Below, piece by piece: positions 26,613 to 36,931 of a stretch of 43,819 nt of DNA. The stretch spans positions 1 through 43,819 of the IMG/VR virus record IMGVR_UViG_3300007643_000003; one strand, 5' to 3'. How positions within the stretch are numbered: the stretch's first letter is position 1; the number at the start of each line of letters is the position of its first letter. A model generated the notes under the pieces. That model was not told where the DNA came from. It ran no database searches and saw only the letters and a program-made list of their open reading frames with translations. The position numbers and the translations under genes are program-made. Source of the DNA: a virus (taxonomy: Duplodnaviria; Caudoviricetes).

Positions 26613-28597
26613 TGGCCGCTAGAGCATCGGCCACGTATGACATGGTCCTCAAGGACAAGTCATCGGCCGGTAGACGTGGATTTCTCAACTCACTGGATGT
26701 TATTGATGGCAAAGTCGCCGCCCTTGCTGTGGGTGGATTTGCCGCTCTTGCTGCAGGTGGTGCAGCTGCGTTCACATCTTTGTACAACGCGCAAGCTCCA
26801 CTGATTGACCAGTTGGGCAAGATGGCTGAAAAGCTGGAGATCAGTGCAACCTCGCTACAGGCCATGATTGATGCGGGCGAGCGCGCAGATGTGCCCATCG
26901 CCACGCTTGAAAAGTCGCTGCAAAAGATGGCGACAAACGCATCGGATGCTGCGAAGGGCTCGGGCGAGGCACTCAAGGCGTTTGATGAGCTTGGTTTGAG
27001 CGCAAAGGAGCTCAACGATCTGTCGGTCGATGAGCAGTTCAAGCGCATTAGTGATGCACTTGCTGGCGTATCGAATCAAAATGACAAGCTCAGATTGGCA
27101 GAAGATGTTTTCGGTGCTCGTGGCACTGCCCTGATTCGCTTGACCAGCGAGGCCATCAACCAGGCCGAAACAGAAATGCGCGAGCTCGATATCGCGCTAA
27201 CCGATATCAATGTCGACAACGTTGAAGAGTTGAACGATGCACTGCAGAAAGTGGGCCGGTTATCCACAGGAGCTAAACAGGTATTTATCGCAGAGCTAGC
27301 ACCGGCACTTCGGGCGGTTCTTGAAGAGACTTTGCTGGCTGGGGCTGGTTTTAGTAGCGTCCGTGATATTGGTATCGCAGCGGGTGAGGGCATTGTATTT
27401 GCTTTCGGTGTTGTTGGTGATCGTATACAGAACGTGAAGTTGATCCTGTCGGGTATCAACTCATTACTGGCAACGATAAATTTCAAAGGCGAAAAGTTCA
27501 AGGACGACTTTCTTGGTGGTGCCGATCCAGAATTGTTGAGGGAATACAGGCGAGAGTATTTAAGCGCGACTAACGAGTTTAAGCTTGCAAGGATAGAGCA
27601 GCCATTCTCTGAGCGACTCGATGAGAGATTCGCGGCGATCAAGGCGGGTATGGAGGCGGCGCGTGAAGAGCAGGAGCGGTTGCGCACTGAGATAGAGAAA
27701 CCGATCGGCGGCAACGGTGCCATTACTGAATTACCCAGCGCTGTCACACCGGCTGCCAATGATGAGAATGTCGATCCGGATGCAGAGGTTAGGGCCTCTC
27801 TGGCTCGCGAAGCTGAAAAAGCAAGAATCAAGGAAGAGTCCGCGATTGCTCAGCAGGAAAGAGATATCGATCGGCTTCGAGAGTTCGGGCTCAGGGAAGA
27901 CCAACTCCTAATTGAAAGGCAGCAGCGCACGGAGGAGTTTCTTGATTCTGTCGTTGCCAAGGACATCAGTCGCACTGATGAGATCAACGCAATCAAGCAG
28001 GCCGCTAATCAGCAGTATCACGATCAGTATTTGGCGATAGCACAGCGCGCCAGTGCCGAACGGCTACGCCTTGAAGCAGCCCAGGAGCAGGCTAGTCGTT
28101 CGTACCTGGAGCGCGGCATTGCGTTCTTCGCCCAAAAAAGCGAAGCCGCTGATGTTCTGCACAAGGCCCTGGTTGCTCGGCGTATGTTTCGCGAAGGGCG
28201 TGAGGCTGTCATAGGTGCCTACAAATGGGGCAACAGTATTGGCGGCCCTTTTCTTGGCGGCGTGTTTGCAGGCATAGCAGGCGCGTACACAGCGGCCTTA
28301 ATTGCTGAGACCGTGGGAGGTAGTAGCAGCGCACCTGCAGCGCCAGCGGTGGGTGCCATTGATAGTGACCCTACAACCTACGGCACCGTAACCAGTGGCA
28401 CACAATCACAGGCCGCCGTACAGCAGCCACAGACGGTTGTCTATAACGCCTACTTCCCGATAGGTGTTGCCGCAGGTGATCGTGAATCGGTTGCACGCCA
28501 GCAGTTTGATGAGGACGTGAAGGCCAAGCGCATAGTTATTGGCGATGATGTCGAGGTGCAAGTCAACACCTTTGATTATGAGGAGTTCGGCACGTGA
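26612..28597 (+). CDS. Tail tape measure protein
   Basis: 661 aa, Ala-rich helical; IDQLGKMAEKL, AFDELGLS, VFGARG. Confidence 0.93.
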   Translation: MAARASATYDMVLKDKSSAGRRGFLNSLDVIDGKVAALAVGGFAALAAGGAAAFTSLYNAQAPLIDQLGKMAEKLEISATSLQAMIDAGERADVPIATLEKSLQKMATNASDAAKGSGEALKAFDELGLSAKELNDLSVDEQFKRISDALAGVSNQNDKLRLAEDVFGARGTALIRLTSEAINQAETEMRELDIALTDINVDNVEELNDALQKVGRLSTGAKQVFIAELAPALRAVLEETLLAGAGFSSVRDIGIAAGEGIVFAFGVVGDRIQNVKLILSGINSLLATINFKGEKFKDDFLGGADPELLREYRREYLSATNEFKLARIEQPFSERLDERFAAIKAGMEAAREEQERLRTEIEKPIGGNGAITELPSAVTPAANDENVDPDAEVRASLAREAEKARIKEESAIAQQERDIDRLREFGLREDQLLIERQQRTEEFLDSVVAKDISRTDEINAIKQAANQQYHDQYLAIAQRASAERLRLEAAQEQASRSYLERGIAFFAQKSEAADVLHKALVARRMFREGREAVIGAYKWGNSIGGPFLGGVFAGIAGAYTAALIAETVGGSSSAPAAPAVGAIDSDPTTYGTVTSGTQSQAAVQQPQTVVYNAYFPIGVAAGDRESVARQQFDEDVKAKRIVIGDDVEVQVNTFDYEEFGT

Positions 28598-29031
28598 GCA
28601 CGTTCTCTATCGACTACCTGGTCACCAAGTCACCGATCGGTCCAGAGCGTGTAGGCAGTCGAGCATTGCTGATCTGCGAAGCGCGCACGATGAATCCGCC
28701 GACTGATAAGCACACGCGATCAGACACAGAGTACACGGGCGATTTCGAGTCAACATTGCTCAAGCAATGGGAAGAGATCAGCATTACCGTTATCAACATC
28801 CTGCACGGCTCACGTGATGAGCTGATCACAACCAGCCTGTCACAGCACCTGGATTTCAAGCAGTTCTTTCAATCCTCGGCCAACGGCCAGCGCATGACGC
28901 TCGATGGCACTGATATCGGCGGTATTGATCAGCTGCACCAGGTAAAGCTTATCGGCGGATCAAACGAGCTCATCAGAAAAGGCCAACGGCAGAAGTTCTC
29001 CACCACGTTCAAGTTAAGGGTCGTTGTCTGA
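28594..29031 (+). CDS. Putative distal tail protein
   Basis: 145-aa beta-rich ORF directly after the tape measure gene. Confidence 0.6.
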   Translation: MSTFSIDYLVTKSPIGPERVGSRALLICEARTMNPPTDKHTRSDTEYTGDFESTLLKQWEEISITVINILHGSRDELITTSLSQHLDFKQFFQSSANGQRMTLDGTDIGGIDQLHQVKLIGGSNELIRKGQRQKFSTTFKLRVVV

Positions 29032-30632
29032 TGGCTGTATGGGATGGCATTGCAGAAGGTAGTGCCGGCATTGCCGCCACGCACTTCGAAGATGTATTCG
29101 AACAAACAGGCGTGCAGATTTACAACAGCATTGGCACTGATAGCGCTATGTCAGCCAATGATGGCACCTGGGGCTCTGGTCTGTATTCTGATGCGATCAA
29201 TCGCACGTTCATGGATTACGGCTACAAGTCGGTTATCAATTTCGAGCAACAGATGTACCACAGTTCATATTGGGCGCACCCCAGCGGCTGGAGCCCCTAT
29301 TCACTGGTAGGCGATGCCATTCGCATCTCATCATCACCGATCGATCAGAACAATGCTGCAGAAAAAGCGTGGGCTGTGCGAAAGGCCTATCACCTACGCG
29401 CCGATGGCGGTCTGTCCACCTGGAATGATTTCGGCGGTACACCACCTGCCCAGTGGTCTGCTCGAGCGAAGGGCCCGGGCGAGACCAATGACAGCCCGGT
29501 TCTGTTCGATGATTACCCGATGCTCTACAAGTCGGGCATGTTGTTTGGCCGTAATGCTTATGGCTTTGGTGAGTATTCCTTCACCGCAAAACTGCCCTAC
29601 GGTGCAAACGGTGCCAGCGCCGATGTCAATCTACGCCGAGCAACGTTTCCAGCTCTGTGGCTACTGCAGATGATCATATTGGGGCGTGGCGTTAACGGCG
29701 AGCCGTCCAATGACACGGCCACCCCTTTTACCAACACCGGCAAATTGCGCGAGCCTGATGTTGCTGAGATGTTTGGCGAATCAGCACGGCGCATACATCA
29801 CACCGCGCACTACAGAGCTGCCACAGGTGATCCTGACTACCCCTTTGGCAATGCTGATCTGCAGCTCAAGCCGGGTACCCAGCCGCTACTGCCCAATGAT
29901 GCTGATTCTGTATTCCATAACTATCGGTTTCAGCTAACTCCTGGCAAACTGATCTTTCTGATCGATGGTGCCGTGTCGTTCGTTGTTGATACGCCGGCTG
30001 ACTACTATGAGCCTCTGCGCATCTACGAGACAGTGCCTGGTCAGCCCTACAACGTAGTTAGAGATGGACAGGGGCGTGGCAAGTGGACAGGTGAGTATCA
30101 GAGAAACCCTGACGGCTCGCTAAAGTATCCACGCTATCGCATGCTTATGAATTTAGCGGAAGGCGGTAAATACCCTCGTGATCTTGCCAGGCAACTATTC
30201 GATGCTGGCACACCCATGCCTGTGCACAACGAATCCAACACCATGGACATCAGCCACGTATCGTATCGAAAGCTGATCACCGATAACCCCGACACCTATG
30301 ACGTGGGCGATAGCAATACTGGCGGCGGAACAGACCCGGTCGTAGTGCCCCCTGCCGTGACGTTCGAGGATTCATTCAGATTCCGCGTTCATAAAACCAA
30401 ACAGCAGTACGTCAATGCGCCTACCAATGTACGGGCTGAGGTGACCGCCAATCCTCTTGGGTTTCCCTACAAGTTCAGCATTACAGTGGATCAAAGCAAG
30501 GTACCTGCAGGTGCGACGGTTACTATTGAAGGTGGTGCAGATGATCAGGCGTCGATTTACTCAGACGTAGCCCTGGACGTTGACGGACTGATAGTCATCA
30601 CGGCAGAGCAAGACGGCGAACCGCCCAGCTAG
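29031..30632 (+). CDS. GH16-like glycoside hydrolase in the tail module
   Basis: YKSG, AKLP, FPALWLL, EPDVAE (ExDxxE), FHNY...LIFLIDG, LMNLA.GG. Confidence 0.8.
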   Translation: MAVWDGIAEGSAGIAATHFEDVFEQTGVQIYNSIGTDSAMSANDGTWGSGLYSDAINRTFMDYGYKSVINFEQQMYHSSYWAHPSGWSPYSLVGDAIRISSSPIDQNNAAEKAWAVRKAYHLRADGGLSTWNDFGGTPPAQWSARAKGPGETNDSPVLFDDYPMLYKSGMLFGRNAYGFGEYSFTAKLPYGANGASADVNLRRATFPALWLLQMIILGRGVNGEPSNDTATPFTNTGKLREPDVAEMFGESARRIHHTAHYRAATGDPDYPFGNADLQLKPGTQPLLPNDADSVFHNYRFQLTPGKLIFLIDGAVSFVVDTPADYYEPLRIYETVPGQPYNVVRDGQGRGKWTGEYQRNPDGSLKYPRYRMLMNLAEGGKYPRDLARQLFDAGTPMPVHNESNTMDISHVSYRKLITDNPDTYDVGDSNTGGGTDPVVVPPAVTFEDSFRFRVHKTKQQYVNAPTNVRAEVTANPLGFPYKFSITVDQSKVPAGATVTIEGGADDQASIYSDVALDVDGLIVITAEQDGEPPS

Positions 30633-33600
30633 ATGCCGATCAATCAAACGCGCAGGCTTGTTGTATGCGATTACGACACAGCGCCCGAGCCTGAATTTAC
30701 GGCTGAGAATGCCCACATCCTGCGTTACACCTTTGGTGAAAATCAGCAAATTTACATCCCAAGCCAATCGGGCTTAAATCTGCCTGTTGGGGCTGTTGAA
30801 TCCGACGCGCGTATTGCCACCAACGGCATTGCGGCGATCATGGAGGATGCGGGCGTGCAAACGAACATTGCACGCATTGGTGGAACCACTATCACGTTAG
30901 CCGATGTAGGGTATGACCTTGCGCTGCGATTTGCAAACAAGGTGGCCAACGGTATTGGCACTCGACATAAAACGGTCGAGATATTCGCGCAGCATCCGGA
31001 TGCTGACTGGAGCGAAGACAATCTGATCTACACCTTCATACAGGAGAATTACGCCAACAGTAAAGATGGCAAGCGCAAGGTACTGACTCTCAAGGACGTC
31101 TCGAGAGAGACCACGCGCACAATATTCGAGCGTAAAGAATGGACGTTGGTGCAATCCGTCACTGAAAATTCAACCGTTATTCATGTATCTGCCGGTGATG
31201 ATGATGATTTTCGATTCCAACGTGGCCCAGATGACAACTTCTATCCTGGTGAGAACATCGGCTACATGTCTTTCGGTAGTGGTAGCAATCGGGAAATCTG
31301 GTCCTACAGCTCGCGCGTCAAAATGGGTGAGAACTGGTATCGCTATGTGGTAAAGCAGCGTGGGTGCTTCAATAGTCCTCGTCAGGCGTTCACTGTTAAC
31401 CCCAACGATCCGATAGAGAATAACGAGACCGTCTCTGAGTTTGTCTACTACCGAGAAGATGTTCGCGATGCCATGCTCATGGCAACCGTTGGCAGGACAT
31501 TCGATGGTCGCATCCCACCTGATCACTGGACACCCAAAGCCCCAGAGGCGTTGATCGAGACGTGTTCGGTAGGTTCATCACGATTTGATCATTTTGTAGA
31601 GATAGAAGAGCCACCCGAGCAGGAAGCCAAGGCATTCTACGAACAATATCTGTTATCAACGATGAGTGATTCGGTGATGCGGATCAATCGCAAGGGCCAG
31701 TTGCAACTACAGCCAATTGACCCAGCACCGCCAACGGCATCGCCTGCTGTTGTGTTTGATGAATCCAATATTGACATCGGTTCGCTGTCGCCGCTGAAGA
31801 TCAAGGAGGACGGCCTTGCCAATCCGATCATAGCGTTGTGGGACTACAACCCGCTATCTGAAGACTTCCAGCACCGCAATATCGAGCGTGATCTGATTGC
31901 TGAAGGCATTCACGGCCTATCCGAATCAAAAACTATCGAGTTGCCAGCCTTTCATTCAGGCGCGCACAGTGGCTCACAGGTACGGCAGAAGATATTATCG
32001 GCCTCTGAGCGCTACAGCTACCCCACGGCCACGATATCGTTTGATGCGGTCACTAGTATGCGGTGGGTTAACGTGGGCACGCTGGCGCGCCTTACGTGTC
32101 CACCGGGTGTTGTTATTGATGATTCGACTGGCGAGGCTGTTGATCTTGATCGTGCGTTCCTGGTTATAGGACGCCGATACAACCCCAGTACCAGAAAGAT
32201 TCGTTACTTTCTGTGGGGTACATCGGGCAAAGCGATTGAGTTCGCCAATAGCCAGCTGACATCCCACGTACCCGATAGTGAGTTCAAGCGCGGGGCCATC
32301 GATCTATCAACGGTTCTGACGATCAACAACGGTGTGCTCTCTGGCATTCATTCGTTGGCACCGGGCAAGTATTATTACGAAGGCGATCTCAGGCTGGCAC
32401 CGGATTTCTATTGCACCTTTACCCGGCGAGGAACGAAGTTTCAATTGTGTGTATTGGGCGCGTTGACCATTCAATCACCAAACCCCTTTGTGGCCAAGGG
32501 TATGGGTATACATCGTGGTGGTAGCGGTGCCCTGTACGGCCAGCGCAAGGCACAGACAGGCGCGGCTGGTTACTTTGGCCGATCCGTGGGTGGCGGTGGC
32601 TTTGATCTGACTGTGCAGCACACGCGCGGTCCTATGGTGCAGGAGGACATCCCGATATATACCTTTGCCGGATACAAGGTCACGCCAACGCAGGGTGTAA
32701 CCAATTCGCCGCCGCAAACTGAAAGCGTGCCGATGTTTGATCTGGCAATGAATGATGGTCAGTTCACCGGCATACCGGCAGACTTATCTGGCAGTGGTGG
32801 AGCAGGTGGCGGCCCTATCTGGGAGTACGACTCAGGCCGTACAGGCAAAGCAGCCGAGCCAAACAACGAGCAATTGGGTGCGGCTAACAACCCTCCAGTG
32901 CCGTCCGATGAGCACAAGCTAAAGGGTCGTAGTGGGGCCTACGGTGGTATGGGCATTGAGTTCTGGTCGCGTGGCGGTGGCTGGGATGGTGCAGGAGGTA
33001 TTAATACCTCGGGTGAGGATGCCCAGGCCGGGTTAGGCACCAGTTATGTAGGATTAGCCGCTGCACCTCCAGGGCGCTCGTTTCCAGGTGTGTTTGTTTG
33101 GATACAGGATGATCCACGCGAGCCGTTACCCGATATGAGCTCCGCGCGCGTGAGTGCTTTTACGGGCCACGTTCAAGAGGAGGGCGCACGTTCTGGACTA
33201 GAACCTTTCTTGCGCCCATCAGGCGTGACAACACCACTGCTGCATGGTTATCACGCACCGCCGCCTCGTCAGAATTTGGCATCCACGGCAGCGCGAGCGA
33301 TGTACTCGCCGAAACCTGCAAAGCTTGTACGACGCCAGAACACATTTTTTGGATCGCTGGCAATATCTCGGCAGAAAGATGGCCAGATTGAGCTGCAAAT
33401 AACCAGCAACCCGATCACCAGTAATCCTTCAACGTGGCCATCGGATGGCAACCCGGGGGATATGGGTATCTGGGAGGCTGACAGAGCAGGCACGAGCTTA
33501 CAGCCGCCCGCGTGGGTGATGAATGATTCCTATGAGTGGGTGCAGATCGACTGGTCAACAGCTGCCAGTGATTACCTCACACTGCTGCTGGTTAATCGTT

Positions 33601-34508
33601 TGGGTGGCGGCACGATATCCATATTGTCCGATACGCGCCCGGTGGGTTATCCAGCTGGTACGCACTGGCTCAATAGTAGCGATGGCACTGAATGGATCCT
33701 GGGTGCCACTGCAGCGCAAGATAAACCCTTCCGAGACCAGGGCGTACCGGTGGGTGATGAGCTTATTGCCAACGGGAACTTTGCAGAAGGCTCGAAGAAC
33801 TGGATATTTACCCGCAACAGCTCGCTGGCTCCGATCAATGTTTTATCGGTCTTGGCTAATGAGATAGCACAAGCATTCATCACACAAGGGTTGCTGGAGG
33901 GTGAGTTTGGCGACCCTGAAAGCGTTGTAATTACTAATCAAAATGTACTACCAGTGGTATCGATGTCAGCCGCATCGACAAGCCCGACCGAGATCACCGT
34001 TAACTGGACACAGCAATCCGATACAACCGGTATTGCAGGCGTTGAGGTGCATCTGGATGGTGTTGCCCAAAGTGGCGTATCTGGCAGCTCTCATGTGATC
34101 ACAGGCCTCTCACCTGTCACCACCTACCAGGTTACGGTCTACAACCGCGGTACCAACGGCAACCTGTCTGGCCCGCAGAGCAAGAACGTCACGACATCTT
34201 CTGAAGGATCAACGGGCCAGCTGGGCATTGTCTTCACCAACACCGGCTCACCTCTTACAACACCAGGTAGGCGTGTTGCAGGTTCGGCCTATCAAAATGA
34301 TTCATCGATCGTTATCGAAGTGGGTCGAACGATCACCTTGACGCTATTCGATGGATCGACCTACACAAGCACGGTCCAAGCTGATGGGGCCTTCGAATTC
34401 AACGTGCCCACCACGGCGGATGCGAACCTGAATAAAACCGCTGCTGTGTACACGAACAACGGCAACGACTCCTCCAGGGCGCAAGCCGAGTTTATATACG
34501 AGACATGA
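30633..34508 (+). CDS. Central tail tip/hub protein with Gly-rich, FN3 and Ig-like domains
   Basis: 1291 aa; hub-like N-terminus, GGxGGxGG tracts, ITVNW...ITGLSPVTTYQVTV (FN3). Confidence 0.8.
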   Translation: MPINQTRRLVVCDYDTAPEPEFTAENAHILRYTFGENQQIYIPSQSGLNLPVGAVESDARIATNGIAAIMEDAGVQTNIARIGGTTITLADVGYDLALRFANKVANGIGTRHKTVEIFAQHPDADWSEDNLIYTFIQENYANSKDGKRKVLTLKDVSRETTRTIFERKEWTLVQSVTENSTVIHVSAGDDDDFRFQRGPDDNFYPGENIGYMSFGSGSNREIWSYSSRVKMGENWYRYVVKQRGCFNSPRQAFTVNPNDPIENNETVSEFVYYREDVRDAMLMATVGRTFDGRIPPDHWTPKAPEALIETCSVGSSRFDHFVEIEEPPEQEAKAFYEQYLLSTMSDSVMRINRKGQLQLQPIDPAPPTASPAVVFDESNIDIGSLSPLKIKEDGLANPIIALWDYNPLSEDFQHRNIERDLIAEGIHGLSESKTIELPAFHSGAHSGSQVRQKILSASERYSYPTATISFDAVTSMRWVNVGTLARLTCPPGVVIDDSTGEAVDLDRAFLVIGRRYNPSTRKIRYFLWGTSGKAIEFANSQLTSHVPDSEFKRGAIDLSTVLTINNGVLSGIHSLAPGKYYYEGDLRLAPDFYCTFTRRGTKFQLCVLGALTIQSPNPFVAKGMGIHRGGSGALYGQRKAQTGAAGYFGRSVGGGGFDLTVQHTRGPMVQEDIPIYTFAGYKVTPTQGVTNSPPQTESVPMFDLAMNDGQFTGIPADLSGSGGAGGGPIWEYDSGRTGKAAEPNNEQLGAANNPPVPSDEHKLKGRSGAYGGMGIEFWSRGGGWDGAGGINTSGEDAQAGLGTSYVGLAAAPPGRSFPGVFVWIQDDPREPLPDMSSARVSAFTGHVQEEGARSGLEPFLRPSGVTTPLLHGYHAPPPRQNLASTAARAMYSPKPAKLVRRQNTFFGSLAISRQKDGQIELQITSNPITSNPSTWPSDGNPGDMGIWEADRAGTSLQPPAWVMNDSYEWVQIDWSTAASDYLTLLLVNRLGGGTISILSDTRPVGYPAGTHWLNSSDGTEWILGATAAQDKPFRDQGVPVGDELIANGNFAEGSKNWIFTRNSSLAPINVLSVLANEIAQAFITQGLLEGEFGDPESVVITNQNVLPVVSMSAASTSPTEITVNWTQQSDTTGIAGVEVHLDGVAQSGVSGSSHVITGLSPVTTYQVTVYNRGTNGNLSGPQSKNVTTSSEGSTGQLGIVFTNTGSPLTTPGRRVAGSAYQNDSSIVIEVGRTITLTLFDGSTYTSTVQADGAFEFNVPTTADANLNKTAAVYTNNGNDSSRAQAEFIYET

Positions 34509-35506
34509 CTCAATTTCGCCTGCCAGATCAAGTTCCTGCCTCGTGGGGTAGAGTTGATCAGAGCGGTGAGGGTGGTACTAAGGCTGCGCGCATCGATGGC
34601 TCTGGACTGGATGTCAGAAACTACATGATGCACCGGTTGCTGCTGCCAGCGCCTGCGGATGTGTCCTTGCAGACGCGGATATCAGCAAAGCTCATCGGTA
34701 TGACTGTTGGCAATCCTGCCTTTGAGGGTGCGGCAGTTCTGCATCGTGGTTTCAGGATGCAGGGCACAGAGCCAAACCTTGAGCTGGATGAACAGGTGTG
34801 GTCATCAAACCCAGCAGCCGGTGGGCGTAAGAGTTGGATATCCGGTGATCACTCAGACTTTAGAACGTACAACTTTGTCGAGCCTTTGCCCAAGATCCAG
34901 GGTATGGATTATGTCACCTGGGAGCTCGTGGTTAGATCACCGGGGCAGATCATTGTTGATGATGTTCAGTGCCGGCACTACTACGGTAAAGCCTATAACG
35001 AATACATAGAGGGCACGCAGCGTTGGAATACCCCTGTGTTTCAGATCCATGTGTTCGACGCCAATTTCAATGGTAAAAACGTGCGCCGGTGGATCAAATC
35101 ACTGCGCACGCAGGCCATTGAGTGTCGCAAGGGTCAGAACCTGATATTTATGACCGAGGTAGCGGCTTTGGATGGTATCGGCACCCAGTTCACACCGGCA
35201 GCTCCAGCAAACCAGCCGTGTTCAGCGACACGTGGTTTTTTGGCAAAGCTGCGGCGATCAGATGACCCTGGTGTCTATGACTACTTTGACCTGTTAACAG
35301 ATTATACCGGGGAGCAGTACAACCCAGTAAAAGCCGCCGAAACACGATCATTCGTTGCAAGACATAGTTACGATCAATGGGAGCTGTACGGCTTTATAGA
35401 TCCAAAGCCAGACAATGACGCGAGTAATGTTGGTGTGTTATTCATTGAGCACAAGGACGTCAATGCTGATCTAGTGGTGGCAGACTTTGTAGCGCCCAGC
35501 CAATGA
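34505..35506 (+). CDS. Tail-associated protein with a CBM4/9-like jelly-roll
   Basis: GTKAARI...ISAK...FRTYNF...GQIIVDDVQ. Confidence 0.6.
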   Translation: MTQFRLPDQVPASWGRVDQSGEGGTKAARIDGSGLDVRNYMMHRLLLPAPADVSLQTRISAKLIGMTVGNPAFEGAAVLHRGFRMQGTEPNLELDEQVWSSNPAAGGRKSWISGDHSDFRTYNFVEPLPKIQGMDYVTWELVVRSPGQIIVDDVQCRHYYGKAYNEYIEGTQRWNTPVFQIHVFDANFNGKNVRRWIKSLRTQAIECRKGQNLIFMTEVAALDGIGTQFTPAAPANQPCSATRGFLAKLRRSDDPGVYDYFDLLTDYTGEQYNPVKAAETRSFVARHSYDQWELYGFIDPKPDNDASNVGVLFIEHKDVNADLVVADFVAPSQ

Positions 35507-36003
35507 GCAATTACTGGCTGTTGGTGCAGGATGACCCACGTGTGGTTCTGGGCAGTGGCTTTGGTTCTGTCTCTCCGGGTGCCGGGGAATATGTCCTGCT
35601 GTTCGATACCCGTGAATTGCTCGAGGCGCACGAGGTCACTATCAGACCAAAGGCCTACGAACAGGCACTGGTAGAACTGGTACAGACCGAAAAAAAGAAG
35701 TCCGATCAGGCCTACGTTTACAAAACACAATGCGCCGAGCTCTTTTTGACCAATGAGGCCGCCAATGAAGGCGTTGTATCGCCAACAGATCCTGCTGTTA
35801 TCGACCCACTGCTCTACGAGTGTTTATACGACGAGTATTGGAACACCTACGATTTGATGAGCGATACGCCCTGGGATCTCGCCCGGTCAATTGTAGCGAA
35901 CTCGAATCGATCAATGGATGAGGCTAATAGGCGGCGCGACAAGTTGCTGCAGCTGGCTGTGATCGAGGCTGATGATCCGGTGATCCCCGATGAGCCGACA
36001 TAA
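35503..36003 (+). CDS. Acidic hypothetical tail-region protein (possible fibre chaperone)
   Basis: ATGA-coupled 166-aa ORF. Confidence 0.65.
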   Translation: MSNYWLLVQDDPRVVLGSGFGSVSPGAGEYVLLFDTRELLEAHEVTIRPKAYEQALVELVQTEKKKSDQAYVYKTQCAELFLTNEAANEGVVSPTDPAVIDPLLYECLYDEYWNTYDLMSDTPWDLARSIVANSNRSMDEANRRRDKLLQLAVIEADDPVIPDEPT

Positions 36004-36036
36004 GCCTCGACCCATTCAACCAGAGGTATAACTCCC

Positions 36037-36243
36037 ATGAATGATGTTAATCGGGCCGCGACATTATCGTGGCTCATGAGTGTGGCCGCCTACGGAAAAC
36101 TACCTGAAGGGCTGCCAGAGGAGGCGCGGTACTTTGCCGAGACGTTTCTGAGCACGGCCATCAGCCTCATCCCTCAAGAGCCTGACCCCGAAAAGCTTGC
36201 TGTGATCACTCAAGGCAAGCTGGAGGGTGAATTCGGTGACTAG
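36037..36243 (+). CDS. Small hypothetical protein
   Basis: GAGG RBS plus ATG. Confidence 0.6.
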   Translation: MNDVNRAATLSWLMSVAAYGKLPEGLPEEARYFAETFLSTAISLIPQEPDPEKLAVITQGKLEGEFGD

Positions 36244-36919
36244 AACTACAGGCGTATTCGTTGAAACCAATTCGATCACTGAAATCCCCGATGGCGGCAG
36301 CGTCAGAATGGAGGTGTTTGGCGAGAATGATGATCACGTGACTGACACGCCGCTTGCAAGCTGGCCGCTGAGTATCCAAGGCGGGCAGTTTGTGATCGAT
36401 ATCCCCCAAAGCGTCAGTGCAGGCTATCCAGACACATCCAAGTTCAGCCTTGTTGCCACGATGCCAGCTGGACAGATCGTCAGAAAGCTCATTCAGGCGC
36501 CGTTGGGAAGCACCCTATTGAAGCGCAAGAGCGCCATTGTTGATCCAAGCGGTACCACGATAAACATCGGTGGTGATTGGGAGGCGGGCGATGCCCCCGT
36601 GGCCGCCAACCGATTCGTCAACCCCGCCCAGGGGGATGTTGTAACCAATCGAACGGTTGATTGGGTGTTTGAGACATTGCCCGGCTATTGGATACATGTG
36701 CACATATCCAGCACGCCTCAGGAGCCAAACTTAACACGTAAGGACATCGCCGACTTTGATGATTTGGGGTTGGATAAGCGCACTTTGACACACACAGACA
36801 CCGGACCACCAGGTCCGCGTTACGGGCGCATGTATTTCTGGAATTACGCGGAGTCGCAACTCACGGTAGATGCGCTGACCAATGGCAACTACGTCGAGTT
36901 TGAGTATTCGGTCACTTAG
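36227..36919 (+). CDS. Ig-like structural protein
   Basis: GGAGG RBS plus GTG; C-terminal domain resembles the N-terminal domain of 36932..40516. Confidence 0.7.
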   Translation: MNSVTRTTGVFVETNSITEIPDGGSVRMEVFGENDDHVTDTPLASWPLSIQGGQFVIDIPQSVSAGYPDTSKFSLVATMPAGQIVRKLIQAPLGSTLLKRKSAIVDPSGTTINIGGDWEAGDAPVAANRFVNPAQGDVVTNRTVDWVFETLPGYWIHVHISSTPQEPNLTRKDIADFDDLGLDKRTLTHTDTGPPGPRYGRMYFWNYAESQLTVDALTNGNYVEFEYSVT

Positions 36920-36931
36920 AGGGCGCACACC

